Source: a virus
Taxonomy: Duplodnaviria; Caudoviricetes
DNA: 64,000 nt
IMG/VR virus record: IMGVR_UViG_3300014205_000183
Strand: one strand, 5' to 3'
The position numbers were made by a program, and so were the translations under genes. Below, piece after piece: positions 1-10,595 of this stretch. Under the pieces are notes generated by a model. It did not search any database. It was not told the origin of the DNA and saw only the letters and a list, made by a program, of their open reading frames with translations. Position 1 is the stretch's first letter. Each line of letters begins with the position of its first letter.

Positions 1-168
1 AGAGGAACAGGAGCAAGAACAGGAGCTGCTAGAGGAACAGGAGCAAGAACAGGAGCTGGAAGAACAAGAACAGGAGCTGCTAGAGGAATAGGAGCAAGAA
101 CAGGAGCTGGAAGAACAAGAACAGGAGCTGGAAGAACAAGAACAGGAGCTGCTGCTGGAGGAAGAAGA
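1..168 (-). repeat. Coding low-complexity tandem repeat (agcTCCTGTTCTTG-type units) encoding Ser/Cys runs
   Basis: Repeated caagaacaggagctg units on the plus strand. They translate in frame as SSSSCSCSSSSCSCSYSSSSSCSCS. Confidence 0.9.
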
Positions 169-1920
169 ACCAGCATCAAAAGTCCAGTTAGTAGTGTCAC
201 CGGTTCCGGTACCTCCTGTACTGGTTATTGCATAACCTGCGCTTGCATCTACGTTGGTTGGGTCTACATAAGACACATTCTCTATAGCAATGGTCACTGC
301 TATCTCAGCCACCCCGCCATCGCCAGTCATAGCTATATGTTCGCCAATGGTTCCCTCCATGTTAAGAGAACCAAAAGAGAAAGGAGAGGATGTAGCGGGA
401 GCCAAAACTATTGATTGTCCTGGATATGCTTTAAGTTCCCCCGACACGGTAAAATAATCAGATAGAGTTACTTCTCCAGCATTGTCCATTATTTCTAAGG
501 ATGCAATTGTAGTGTTGCCCAAATCAGATGTTGTTGGAGATCCTACAAGTCCTATTTTCCATGCTGCCGTAGAGAATAAGTATGTTCCAGCAGGATCTAT
601 ACTTACTTCTTCTGCGGTTATCGTATTGCCAGTAAACCCTTTTATGTCTGCTGTGCTATCGGTAATTAATGATCCTACTATTAGATTCTTGTTCTGCAAA
701 TCTAGCTTACCATAAACAGTTAATTCGTCTATTTCATAAGTAGTTCCAAATGATGAAAATTGTAAATAATTTGTAGCACCTGCACGTATTTCCATCCTAC
801 CTGGGTTTACATCAAAAAGAGTATATCCTTTAGTGTCGCCCTGAAGCCCAGAACTCATACTTAGCAATCCAGAACCTTTAGTATAATGTGAGAAAATTAA
901 TATCCTGCCATCATCTGTTATGTAAATATCAGATGTCCCCCTAATCAGAGTCCAAAATCCACCCATTGACAATTCGTTACAGGTAAGCGTTGTAAATCTA
1001 GCCCCAGTAGAAGAGGTTAGGTCTATTAAGCTATCATAGTTTGGGGATACTCCAGAATCCGTTTGTAGTAAAGCGGTAAGCGTTATATCGTAGCCATCGC
1101 TTTCCCAAACAACAATATTGCTGGAACCTGGAATGGACACTATAGACGTAGCTTGAAAATGACCTAGTTGCTGAACAGTTACATTACTTGTAATTGTTGT
1201 TATATTAATCTTCCAAGCCATAGTAGTTCCAGTAATTTCTGGAAGCTCTATAGTGGCTGTGGCAGACGGATTAAAGTTAATTGAAAAATAACCTGTACTA
1301 TTTCTCTGAATGTCAGATCCTGCAACCCACTCAAATATCTGTCCACCAGTGGAGCCGGTATAATTATGCATAGTATCTGTGGCATAATTTTGCTTAACTA
1401 TGCCGCCGTTAAACGTTAATACGCCAGTCCAATTCCAAGTTTGTGCTTGTCCACCACTTACAGCGTCAATCAATAATGTTGTTCCGGTGTCTGCTAGTTT
1501 TAAATTATGGAACGTATTGGTTCCGCCAGAAAATGCTGTCGTCTTCTTACAATATATTGTTGACGTTTCAGCGTGAAGAATCATTGCGTTAAAAGAAGAA
1601 GATCCAGCAATACTATTGTTTGCTATTATCGTTCCAGAACCTAAATATAAAGTAGGATTAGATATAGCCAGATTTCCTTCTACGGTAACCCCATGATCAT
1701 TAAAATCCATAACGGTTGCTCCCGATACCACGCCAATAGTAAGACTTTTACAATTAATATCTACATCGGCAGTCATAGAGGGGGAGTGAGTATCAAATAT
1801 TACATCGTCAATAGACGTGGGAGGGGATTCTCCGCCTGCACCGTTGCTTGTTAGAGACCAGTTAGATGAGTCACTCCAGTCACTAGACGATCCGGTGATA
1901 TAATAAAGCGTTCTTGCCAT
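1..1920 (-). CDS. Tail fibre/adhesin-like beta-rich virion protein ending in a Ser/Cys repeat; 3' end runs off the window
   Basis: Not in the ORF track. I read the frame from ATG 1920 (GAGG upstream) to base 1 with no stop: MARTLYYITGSSSDWSDSSNWSLTSNGAGGESPPTSIDDVIFD...GDTTNWTFDAG-SSSSSSSSCSCS. The NWSxTSxGAGGxxxP...DDVIFD start is typical of beta-helical fibre/adhesin proteins. Confidence 0.75.
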   Translation of the reverse strand, partial: MARTLYYITGSSSDWSDSSNWSLTSNGAGGESPPTSIDDVIFDTHSPSMTADVDINCKSLTIGVVSGATVMDFNDHGVTVEGNLAISNPTLYLGSGTIIANNSIAGSSSFNAMILHAETSTIYCKKTTAFSGGTNTFHNLKLADTGTTLLIDAVSGGQAQTWNWTGVLTFNGGIVKQNYATDTMHNYTGSTGGQIFEWVAGSDIQRNSTGYFSINFNPSATATIELPEITGTTMAWKINITTITSNVTVQQLGHFQATSIVSIPGSSNIVVWESDGYDITLTALLQTDSGVSPNYDSLIDLTSSTGARFTTLTCNELSMGGFWTLIRGTSDIYITDDGRILIFSHYTKGSGLLSMSSGLQGDTKGYTLFDVNPGRMEIRAGATNYLQFSSFGTTYEIDELTVYGKLDLQNKNLIVGSLITDSTADIKGFTGNTITAEEVSIDPAGTYLFSTAAWKIGLVGSPTTSDLGNTTIASLEIMDNAGEVTLSDYFTVSGELKAYPGQSIVLAPATSSPFSFGSLNMEGTIGEHIAMTGDGGVAEIAVTIAIENVSYVDPTNVDASAGYAITSTGGTGTGDTTNWTFDAGSSSSSSSSCSCSSSSCSCSSSSCSCSYSSSSSCSCSSSSCSCSCSSSSSCSCSCSS

Positions 1921-1957
1921 TGCTAAGCCTCGTCAATAAAGTGAATAAAGAATATAC

Positions 1958-2524
1958 TCAAGCAACACCATCTCTCATTGTCAAATTAGGAGATCTACTT
2001 GTTGAAGTCACATCATCCCATCCATAAGATGATCCATCAATCCACAACTTAGCCAGCACTAATCCATTATTATCAGGGCCATACAAATTGCCGATTGAAT
2101 CAATATATAAGGCAGCACCTGCTGCAATATAAAACTGTAAAGCAATAACTGTCTCAACTGGGTGTCGAGTACCATCGTAAGGATGTACCTTGTATTGTAC
2201 ATCAGTAGGCGTTGATTTAACACACAAAAACCCCTCTGTACCAGCAGCCGCTGGGAAGGTCAACTTATAGGCTTTATCGCTGTTTTGGTATAATCGAGTA
2301 CCATACTGATCAAAACCAACTCCTTGAGTAATCGTTATAGATTGCCCATCAATACGACCCACTTTAAGACCCCAAGCAAAACCCGCGTATTTTATAAGAT
2401 CTCTAGTACGCTCAGACAATTCTTTTGATAAATACTGTTGAAGTCCGTTGAGAGTTTCTGCTGTGACATCAATTCCACGATGAAACTGTACACCAGGCAT
2501 TCTAATATTATTATCACCAATCAT
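1958..2524 (-). CDS. Baseplate/tail-fibre attachment-type structural protein
   Basis: Likely start MIGDNNIRMPGVQFHRGIDVTAETLNGLQQY at 2524, just after the upstream stop. The F-x-x-G...L-N-x-L-Q and GLKV...ITITQGVGFDQYG motifs are common in baseplate/fibre N-termini. Confidence 0.55.
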   Translation of the reverse strand: MIGDNNIRMPGVQFHRGIDVTAETLNGLQQYLSKELSERTRDLIKYAGFAWGLKVGRIDGQSITITQGVGFDQYGTRLYQNSDKAYKLTFPAAAGTEGFLCVKSTPTDVQYKVHPYDGTRHPVETVIALQFYIAAGAALYIDSIGNLYGPDNNGLVLAKLWIDGSSYGWDDVTSTSRSPNLTMRDGVA

Positions 2525-2528
2525 ATAG

Positions 2529-5500
2529 TTACACCCTTTCAAAAAACTTGTGATATTGCTGCCCAAATCTAAAATAAGGCTTGCCTTCAACATCATATTT
2601 AAAGACGTCAACTTGGCCATCTTGTCTACGAATATTATGTATAGCCTGGCAAAGCACACTTAAGTTGTGGTCTGAGTACTCGTTAGCTACTGAATCTCCA
2701 GAAATATCTGGGATAGTGCCGGTAGATGGTTCAGGAAGCATTACCTCTGATTTATATAAATAGTCATTTTCACGTTGAATGATTAGACCGTTTCCAACCC
2801 TGTTACATCCTTCGAGAGCAGATATGCTGTCACTATCTGTGACTGCTCGCCCAAGTAGCGCGTAGTCATACATATACTGATAAGTAACAATCACATCCCC
2901 ATTGAGAGGAATCCCTCCTTTAGTTAGATCGTCCGATACGTTTAGATCTATCACATCGGGGTCATTCACATTCCTCGTGGCCATAGGATTAAGAATGCCT
3001 TCTGGAGCAGCTACAAATACTGGTGATATTCCCGCCCCAGCCTCTGTCCAAGTTGCGTAATCTGGGTAGCTAGCAGGCGGGGTCGCAGGTGTTGTGGCGA
3101 CAGCCGTGTGATATACTCTAAGCAAGGAGTCAGAAACCGGCATACGAGATAAGCGAACAGACATATTGCCACCATATACTATAGCAGATATAATCGAGGC
3201 GGTGCTTGTAGAATCAGTTAACATCCTGATAGATTCGCCTATTTGAAAGTTACGTATTGCCATCGTGACATAAATGACATTGGAAGAAATGGCTGTTATC
3301 ACTCCTACGGCTGTAGTCGTCGTGCCATAAACTTTAACACCAGTAGCCATCCATGCTGCGGGTGCAGCAGACAAAGACACCGCTACATCTGATGTTCTTT
3401 GTATATCCTGTTGTCTAATCCTTTCATTAACAGTCATGATGTAGCTTGTAGGCTCGGTAGCAGATTCCTGCACCAGCATGCGGCCATAACGTGTGGTGCC
3501 GTCTATATAAAAATATTTAGTTTGGTCAGGAGAACACTGATGGACACCGTGTGGTAAAGATTCCCAAGATATGCGCGGCTTAAAAGTAGCATCATCAGGA
3601 CTGCTTATGACAACCGCAGCACGATTTTCAAAACCATCAGCAGTTATCATAAAACCTGTGTACAATATGTTCTCTGGGTCGTCTCCCATATCTAATCTGG
3701 AGGCTTCATATTTATAAATATTCTGTAAAACATCCGTAACATCCAAAGACGCCCAGGTCGGATATGCATTATCAATTTTATTAATATAAAACTCTTTTAG
3801 AAAGATTGCATCGGAGGTATCTTTAGCACCGTCCGTGCCCCAATCCTCAGTCACCCAGTCTTCGCCGCTTCCTGTAGCAATAGGAACGTATTCTGTTCCA
3901 TTCCAAGACCAACTATAGGTAACTCCACTATCTGGGATATTAATTCGCTTACGAAAATTCCAACAAGCTGTGTTAATATCGTATCGTTTACGAATTCTGT
4001 ATAGTCGCAAATATCCTGCGGCTGTACTTAGTCTAATGAATATCTTCAGGGTAGCTTTCGTGAGCCACTGCATACGAGATTCAGTTAAACCCACACGAAA
4101 TAAAATACGCTTTTCTCCGTAAATCAACCTATTAGCAACCCCATAACCTACACCTTCCTCATTATCATCACGAGCTGCGATTAGGGAGTACGGACTAATA
4201 GTATCACGTAAACTTGTCACAGCTGGCACAGGAAATGTAGCATTGACACTTATATTGGAGTCAGTATTTGCAAGCCAATCGGGGGTTGTGGCTGATATAG
4301 TGGATGGTATTGGATTCTCAGGGGAGCGCTCAGAGATTGTTATGCCAGTTGTGGCATAATCCGTCCCCGTGTCTAAAGGAGACACAGAGTCCTGCAATTT
4401 GAATTTTCTACCATACATATTGACTTCGTGGTCTTCCCAGCCTAACCATAAACTATGTGCCCTGACTAGTTGAGACGCAAAACCACTATAAATGACTCCG
4501 CTAGCCCCGCCAGGACCACCAACTGAAGGTGTTACAGTTAATAATGAATTGGCTAAAGGGTCATCTGTAAATAAAGCTATTACTTCGGATGCAGTAGTGC
4601 AGTTAGCGGCCACCTGCGGATCTCCGCTTATATGCACGCGGAATAAATACGTATATGGATTATCAGGGCCACTGCCTGCCACTTCCAGATAACCTTCGCC
4701 CCAACCTATGCCAACACCTAGAGGGCTTACTACATACTCTATAAACGCCGTAAAACGTGGATCTTTGAGGTCAAATATCAAGTTGTTATTAGCACCCCAT
4801 TCCAAACCCGTAGAAAACCTGTAAGGGTCTGCGACATCGGGAATAGTATATAGCTTTGTTTCCCGGTCAGACTTAAACCAGTGTTGCTTGTAATATTCAA
4901 TGATCTTCTGCGTCGTTATTCCTAATGTATCTTTGCAAGCCTGACCGATAGCTGCGACTTTACCTACGTTTTCAACATTAGTAAAATTGTCCTGTAAAGT
5001 TGCCCGATAACGATTAAAACCTTGTGCTGTTGTCTGCGCCTTTAAAGGTTTTAATCTCATAAATTTACCAAAGGACTCATACAATTCTGCAATTGGAGCG
5101 GACACCACACTTGTCACTGTCGGGTGAAAACCTTTGGTATATACCTGCGAGTAGTCAATATATTTGTTAGTGACTATTTGTAAGTATTTTTCACATAGTG
5201 CCATAAATTGGTTTGCATAGGATTGTAAAAATGTATGAATCAAATAGGCACTAACCAATATTTGAGGACCTGTTTCACCAGTTACTAAGTCTTGACCTTG
5301 TAGTTTAACATGTTTCTTGGACATCAAGAAACTCACAGGCCGCTTAGCATACAATGCAGTGGGGTCAGCCGCCTCCTCGTGCGCTACAGACCCATCTACA
5401 GTCAATCTAAAACTATCAAGTATACGACATGTGGTCTGCCACAACTGCTCATCTGCTGAAAAGGTTGCGGCCGTGGTTCGATCATAAATACGTGTTCCCG

Positions 5501-5948
5501 GTAAATTATTAAGAAGTTCATTTAAAAACTTATTAGAATATTCATCACGTGGTTCAAACCCCAGAGCAGATACAACTCTTCCAGCCAAAACCGTAGTATA
5601 ATCCGAAATAGCAATTATCTCATCGTCAGCATCCTTACGAACAAATCTAATTCTGTAATAATAGGCAAACCCAACCTGCACATCCTCATCTACATAATAG
5701 TCGTAATTAAGCCACTGCCTGATACTCACTAAATCCCATGCTTGTAAATCTCTGGTACGATATACTTCCGCATATAGGTCATTTAACGGATCAACTGTAT
5801 TCTGGTGCTTAGTCCAATACAAGTGTATTTGGGCATCAACACCTGGCACAGCCACAAAACTCTGCGGAGGCACAATAGATGTGGTTACATCAGCCTCGAA
5901 CAGATATGGAGGCAGCACTGGTGTGGGGTAACTGTAGCTAAAATGCAT
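2529..5948 (-). CDS. Large baseplate wedge/tail protein with an N-terminal Fn3-like domain and an internal DNRLRE/CBM96-like domain
   Basis: 1139 aa. N-terminal LYW...YVDEDV..G..YYYRI fits Fn3. ILFRV..ATLKIF..LYRI..ACWN..WASLDVTDVLQ..GFMI..SSPD..PRI fits DNRLRE. Position is after baseplate J. Confidence 0.55.
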   Translation of the reverse strand: MHFSYSYPTPVLPPYLFEADVTTSIVPPQSFVAVPGVDAQIHLYWTKHQNTVDPLNDLYAEVYRTRDLQAWDLVSIRQWLNYDYYVDEDVQVGFAYYYRIRFVRKDADDEIIAISDYTTVLAGRVVSALGFEPRDEYSNKFLNELLNNLPGTRIYDRTTAATFSADEQLWQTTCRILDSFRLTVDGSVAHEEAADPTALYAKRPVSFLMSKKHVKLQGQDLVTGETGPQILVSAYLIHTFLQSYANQFMALCEKYLQIVTNKYIDYSQVYTKGFHPTVTSVVSAPIAELYESFGKFMRLKPLKAQTTAQGFNRYRATLQDNFTNVENVGKVAAIGQACKDTLGITTQKIIEYYKQHWFKSDRETKLYTIPDVADPYRFSTGLEWGANNNLIFDLKDPRFTAFIEYVVSPLGVGIGWGEGYLEVAGSGPDNPYTYLFRVHISGDPQVAANCTTASEVIALFTDDPLANSLLTVTPSVGGPGGASGVIYSGFASQLVRAHSLWLGWEDHEVNMYGRKFKLQDSVSPLDTGTDYATTGITISERSPENPIPSTISATTPDWLANTDSNISVNATFPVPAVTSLRDTISPYSLIAARDDNEEGVGYGVANRLIYGEKRILFRVGLTESRMQWLTKATLKIFIRLSTAAGYLRLYRIRKRYDINTACWNFRKRINIPDSGVTYSWSWNGTEYVPIATGSGEDWVTEDWGTDGAKDTSDAIFLKEFYINKIDNAYPTWASLDVTDVLQNIYKYEASRLDMGDDPENILYTGFMITADGFENRAAVVISSPDDATFKPRISWESLPHGVHQCSPDQTKYFYIDGTTRYGRMLVQESATEPTSYIMTVNERIRQQDIQRTSDVAVSLSAAPAAWMATGVKVYGTTTTAVGVITAISSNVIYVTMAIRNFQIGESIRMLTDSTSTASIISAIVYGGNMSVRLSRMPVSDSLLRVYHTAVATTPATPPASYPDYATWTEAGAGISPVFVAAPEGILNPMATRNVNDPDVIDLNVSDDLTKGGIPLNGDVIVTYQYMYDYALLGRAVTDSDSISALEGCNRVGNGLIIQRENDYLYKSEVMLPEPSTGTIPDISGDSVANEYSDHNLSVLCQAIHNIRRQDGQVDVFKYDVEGKPYFRFGQQYHKFFERV

Positions 5949-5995
5949 GGGCAGTCCTCATATGTTTCAATCTATGTATACACATAGATACGACG

Positions 5996-6310
5996 CTATA
6001 TAAAATATGCAGTCAACAACGCACGTAGTTGATCACGATCTTCTGAAGTAAGTTGTTTTTTAGACAAACCCACCAAAACATCCCGCGTCATCTCCAATAC
6101 GGCTGTTCTGCGGCTAACCGTTAAGTTCTCTGTTGTGATAAACCCATTTATTAATTTCTCTATATGCTCTGGTGGTTCTCCCCTCTGGTAGGCACCAAAT
6201 GCCCCCAATAGGAAGCTATCATTAATTCCAAAGTCTCGTGGATTGAGATTATCGCGCCGGTCAGACGCGATAGCTTTCTCATAGAACTTCTTTACATCTC
6301 CGGCTTTCAT
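5996..6310 (-). CDS. Hypothetical protein
   Basis: 104-aa ORF packed between co-oriented genes. Confidence 0.6.
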   Translation of the reverse strand: MKAGDVKKFYEKAIASDRRDNLNPRDFGINDSFLLGAFGAYQRGEPPEHIEKLINGFITTENLTVSRRTAVLEMTRDVLVGLSKKQLTSEDRDQLRALLTAYFI

Positions 6311-6315
6311 GCGGC

Positions 6316-6666
6316 CTACTTCTCTGCCGGTGCATCCGGCTCAGTTGGGGTTTCTTTTAGGCGGTCAATGAGGCGTATTACCTTTCGGCCAACCAAAGCA
6401 CTGGCCCAACCCCCACTGGTCTCCAATTTGTTTATCATGGTGGTAAATTCACTTTCTTTCAGCAACAGCATCGTACCATCCTTAAAAACAAAACGCTCTC
6501 CCTGCCCACTTACTAGCGGTAACCTTTCTGCCTGGGCTTCCAATTTATCCATAACTGGTAGCAATGACCTAATCTCTGTGAGCGATAAGCCACGCTGTGG
6601 GTCGCCATTATCAAGCGCCGAGAAAATAAGTTGCGCTTCTTCTCCTGTGAGTGTGATCTTCTTCAT
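6316..6666 (-). CDS. Hypothetical protein, possibly a tail fibre assembly chaperone
   Basis: 116 aa, AAGGA RBS, immediately downstream of the fibre gene. Confidence 0.55.
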   Translation of the reverse strand: MKKITLTGEEAQLIFSALDNGDPQRGLSLTEIRSLLPVMDKLEAQAERLPLVSGQGERFVFKDGTMLLLKESEFTTMINKLETSGGWASALVGRKVIRLIDRLKETPTEPDAPAEK

Positions 6667-6720
6667 CAGTTCATCCTTTTTGTTAAGTTATATTATCGAC
6701 CTAAAAACATTAAAAATAAA

Positions 6721-8979
6721 TTACGGTGTCCCAGTTAGGTAAACATATCTCCAGCCGATACCTGTGACAAAACCAGCCAGAAATATTTGGCCTCCAGAGT
6801 CTCCCATTACCAAACAACCCGAACCCACAATAGGTGCAGTAGAGGTATATCCTGTCCAAGTAGCTCCAGTTGCATAAGGAACTTTAAGTACCGGGTAAGT
6901 CTCGTTCCTATCATAAATAACATCTCCTGCGCCTAATCCCAGCCCTGTTGTGGGGTCAGGGTATGAAGAAAGAACTATTCGCCCATATTTACTAGCTGCT
7001 ATTTCTCTGTAATTATTTATAATAAGCCCAAAAAAGGAATTACCTCCGTTTATAATAATAGGTCCTCCAGATACAGGAAGGTACAAGAAATTAGTGTCGT
7101 TAGCATAAGTCGCAGTGCCTCCGAGAGTTGTAGCAGATTCCGTAACCGTGATGCGAGGGCTTGCAGCAGTCGGGCCGGCTATTAATGTAGTAGTGGTATC
7201 ATAAAATAAACGAGTTGTCGTGCTAAAGTAAAAAGAGACTGAGGCCGCAGCGAACACCGCATAGTTAGTTGTGCCTGTCAAATACCCTATTCGAGTATCT
7301 GTTACATCATAACTAATTCTAGTAGAAGCGGCAGTGAAATTAAATGTAGTAGATGTGGATGTAAATACAACGTAGTTACCCGCACTGCCGCCGGAAACGA
7401 TATATCCAATTCGAGTATCGGTACCATCATAACTTAATCTATCGTCACTCTGGTAAAACCGGGTTTGCGTAGCTGAAAATTGAATATAGTTAGCTAAATT
7501 AGTGTCGTAACCTACCCGAACAAAGGTTGAAGTTATATATAATCCTGTGGCAGCACTGCCACTATGGTCAGCAGTTAGTTGTATTGTGTCTGAAGACAAA
7601 CTAATATTAGTCGTTCCCGAAATGTTATTACTTAAAAAAACTATAGAAGCGGACATATAAAGTTTAGCAACACCTTGGTGGTTTATATAAGTATCCGAAG
7701 GTCCGGCCACAAAACTACTGTTGATTGTATCCAAATCATAACCAAAAGTAGAGTAGCTGGCATCTAATGTCACAGATCGAGAAGCATCTCCTAGGTTATT
7801 TATATTGTAAATATTAAAAGCAGCAGAGCTATACAAATTACAACCAGATGTGGTAAATGATATGTATGATGCAGTCTCTGTAGCATCTTCAAGATCAAAA
7901 CCAAATTTACCACTTACATTATTCACTAATAAAGTAGTACGGGCAGCATAGGATATTTGTACACCTAGACTACCTTTGACTTGTAAATTATATATGGGAG
8001 TATTGGCTAGTGTAGTATAACTAAAATCCCCAATGCCAACAATCCGTTCACCAGCAGCGGTAACATGGGCATGTATAGCAATTTGTTCTTTGTTTACTCC
8101 TGCGGTAATCTTTACAGGCAAGTTATTAAATCTTCTTACATACACATTATCCTCTGCTAAATTAACAGACACGGTTAGCAGCAAAGTTATACCTGATAAG
8201 TCAATTTCCGTACCCACCGAGCCGCCGAATTCTTTGGATCTTGCGGTATTGTATTGATCGTTAGTGATGTGAATTACCCATTTACCCGTAGCAGTTTTAA
8301 AAGCTGGTACAGCATCCCACACTAATACATCAACACCAGTAAGGTCAGTATAGTACACATTAAATCGGGCTACTAATTTAGTTGCTGTTGCGTATGTGGG
8401 AAAAGTTGTCACTGTCTCTACTAAATTAGTTATTCCTTCGGGTAAATTTAAAATGGATAAGTATTGATTAGAAGCATCCCCGGAAACGTCCGTTGTGTAT
8501 AACTCAAATGCTACAGTGCCGCCAGCAAAATATAAGTTGTCAGTAATAGAGCCGCTGCCACCTGTTGAGGCTCGAACAAGCTGCTTAGTGTTCGGGTCCG
8601 AGATATCCGTGCTATCCACAATAACTTTGGCATTAGAAAAGTCAAGATCTCCCGAAGGTCTAGCTACCACGCTATAGAGCGTTTGTCCAGAGTAGCTTAA
8701 ACTACCCGTCTTGTTGAGGTCAATTGACAAGAAATCATATTCACCAGGACGAGCATTGGGGTCTGCTGCCAATGCAGTAGCAGCAACACCATCTTTAGTA
8801 TACACCGGAGTGGCGAGTGTGGTTGTGCCATAGTTAAATACATCATTCTTAGCTGTAGATGGATTAGTCTTCATCTCCAAGCGACCCTCATATAAGAATA
8901 ACTTTAAATCATTATTCGGAGTATAGGGTGAGGCGGAAGTCTGAACAACTACTGTGTAATTACGATATAGTGTAAGCAT
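6721..8979 (-). CDS. Tail fibre / receptor-binding protein
   Basis: 752 aa, Thr/Ser/Gly rich, with beta-repeats (SYDGTDTRIGY, SYDVTDTRIGY). Directly follows baseplate J. GAGG RBS. Confidence 0.6.
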   Translation of the reverse strand: MLTLYRNYTVVVQTSASPYTPNNDLKLFLYEGRLEMKTNPSTAKNDVFNYGTTTLATPVYTKDGVAATALAADPNARPGEYDFLSIDLNKTGSLSYSGQTLYSVVARPSGDLDFSNAKVIVDSTDISDPNTKQLVRASTGGSGSITDNLYFAGGTVAFELYTTDVSGDASNQYLSILNLPEGITNLVETVTTFPTYATATKLVARFNVYYTDLTGVDVLVWDAVPAFKTATGKWVIHITNDQYNTARSKEFGGSVGTEIDLSGITLLLTVSVNLAEDNVYVRRFNNLPVKITAGVNKEQIAIHAHVTAAGERIVGIGDFSYTTLANTPIYNLQVKGSLGVQISYAARTTLLVNNVSGKFGFDLEDATETASYISFTTSGCNLYSSAAFNIYNINNLGDASRSVTLDASYSTFGYDLDTINSSFVAGPSDTYINHQGVAKLYMSASIVFLSNNISGTTNISLSSDTIQLTADHSGSAATGLYITSTFVRVGYDTNLANYIQFSATQTRFYQSDDRLSYDGTDTRIGYIVSGGSAGNYVVFTSTSTTFNFTAASTRISYDVTDTRIGYLTGTTNYAVFAAASVSFYFSTTTRLFYDTTTTLIAGPTAASPRITVTESATTLGGTATYANDTNFLYLPVSGGPIIINGGNSFFGLIINNYREIAASKYGRIVLSSYPDPTTGLGLGAGDVIYDRNETYPVLKVPYATGATWTGYTSTAPIVGSGCLVMGDSGGQIFLAGFVTGIGWRYVYLTGTP

Positions 8980-8990
8980 GATTCACCTCT

Positions 8991-10595
8991 TTAAAAAGAC
9001 GTAGTAAAGTTAGATAGATTAAATGTATTGAATTGGAATAATACATCGAATAATGTTGCGTATTGATTTTCTTGTATTGTCGTAGGGTCAGATAGATCTC
9101 CCGTAAGAGTATTAATGATGTAAAATGTATCTGTGTTGTAAGAAACTACACCCTCCGTCCGCAAAATAACCTGACCAACATCAGCATGCTGAATACGCTC
9201 ACCTATTTTTTTACGCGCAAATTGTTTACCATATGATGTTGTACCACCATTAAAAAATATAGAGATGTTGTTAGTCACTTGTGTCTCCACTGCGGAAACA
9301 TCATAACCAAAAGACGTGGTTAATTCAACAATAGTTCTTAAAGGAACCTCCACAGCTTTACGTACTAACGCTTGAGGACCAATCATCCTGTTGTCGGGAT
9401 TGTCTAATACTGCCTGAAGTAGATAAGGATTCTTATCATATACATACAACATTCTAATTTTACGCTGATAATCACCAACTCCTGTTGGGTCTACTTTTAA
9501 AGGCATTGCTAATTGGATTTTATCCATGGATTTGACAGACCCACTATAAGTTCCCGTGTCCTTAACAATGGTTAGAATGGGTGATACCCCACTAGGAATT
9601 ACTTGCTCCTCGGTATCCGCTGGATTCTGATATACAAAAGCTATAGGATCAACACTTGTTACTAATGGTTGCTTGGAAGGAGTAAAAAAGAACTGCTCTG
9701 TTGCCAAGTTATTAGCCTCTCCCGGCCAGTAGAAAAATTCTTCAACCAATTCTAAATTTTCTGCACCAAACTGAGTAAATAAATCACACACAGACCCTAC
9801 ATATATTTCTGCTGCTGGCTTATCCTCGTCCAAGGTGAGCACGTCATCTACATAAGATTGTGCACTCGCCAATCTGTCAAGGGCACCAATAGAACCGTTG
9901 GTGCGGTCAGCCCAGGCTGTGCGAGCACGATCTATAAGCTCTAAGTCCTCTTCTCTATTAGAACCGCCGGAAAGAGCAATCTCATTTGTGCAGTAGCTGA
10001 AACTACCAAATTTAGGACTCTGAGTTCTGACAGCGCCTACAGTGGCATTCGCATCTTGTCCAGTCACCGAGGATTGCACAGGTATAGTTACATAGTACAG
10101 ACCTTTAGCCGTACTAAAATTAGGAATCACATTAGATATGGCAGAGGTTGCGGCGTAAGTTGTGCCATTAGCACTTGTAAACTCTGTATTGCTACTCCAA
10201 GATACCGGGGAAGCGTCGGTAAGATAAACAGTAACTAATCCAGTGGCATTAGTGCCGGTACTTCTGATTACGTCAAAATCCTCTACATAAGCATCCAGGC
10301 GTTCAGAGATTAAAACATTGATGTCATCTATAGTGTAGGGCGTACCATCCTGCTTCGCACCCAGGGCAGTAACCATGGTGTCTTTGAAAGCCTCATCCGC
10401 TATTAAATTCTCAAATTCTGTGAGATTACGAGTACGGTCTTCAAACTCAAGTAGAACTTCATATCTATAGAACAACGGTGCGGTTGAGGCGACAATTACA
10501 TCGTAATTTGTGTCACCCTCAATCATACGGACATCGCTACGCAGCGCCAAAATATTGTCTACAATCGACTGTTTTATCTGGTCAACATTTCTCAT
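8991..10595 (-). CDS. Baseplate J/gp47-like wedge protein
   Basis: Typical baseplate J pattern: LDAYVEDFDVIR..GT.ATG.V, TNEIALSGGSNREEDLELIDR, IGE.I...V..ILRTEGV. Confidence 0.9.
   Translation of the reverse strand: MRNVDQIKQSIVDNILALRSDVRMIEGDTNYDVIVASTAPLFYRYEVLLEFEDRTRNLTEFENLIADEAFKDTMVTALGAKQDGTPYTIDDINVLISERLDAYVEDFDVIRSTGTNATGLVTVYLTDASPVSWSSNTEFTSANGTTYAATSAISNVIPNFSTAKGLYYVTIPVQSSVTGQDANATVGAVRTQSPKFGSFSYCTNEIALSGGSNREEDLELIDRARTAWADRTNGSIGALDRLASAQSYVDDVLTLDEDKPAAEIYVGSVCDLFTQFGAENLELVEEFFYWPGEANNLATEQFFFTPSKQPLVTSVDPIAFVYQNPADTEEQVIPSGVSPILTIVKDTGTYSGSVKSMDKIQLAMPLKVDPTGVGDYQRKIRMLYVYDKNPYLLQAVLDNPDNRMIGPQALVRKAVEVPLRTIVELTTSFGYDVSAVETQVTNNISIFFNGGTTSYGKQFARKKIGERIQHADVGQVILRTEGVVSYNTDTFYIINTLTGDLSDPTTIQENQYATLFDVLFQFNTFNLSNFTTSF

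Noticed and set aside
1-168. Possible CRISPR array
   Set aside because: No unique spacers. It is an in-frame Ser/Cys coding repeat.
5970-5989. Inverted repeat ATCTATGT-N4-ACATAGAT
   Set aside because: AT rich, single copy, no U tract. Not enough to call a terminator or operator.
1-8979. Diversity-generating retroelement acting on fibre genes
   Set aside because: No reverse transcriptase or template/variable repeat pair is visible in this window.
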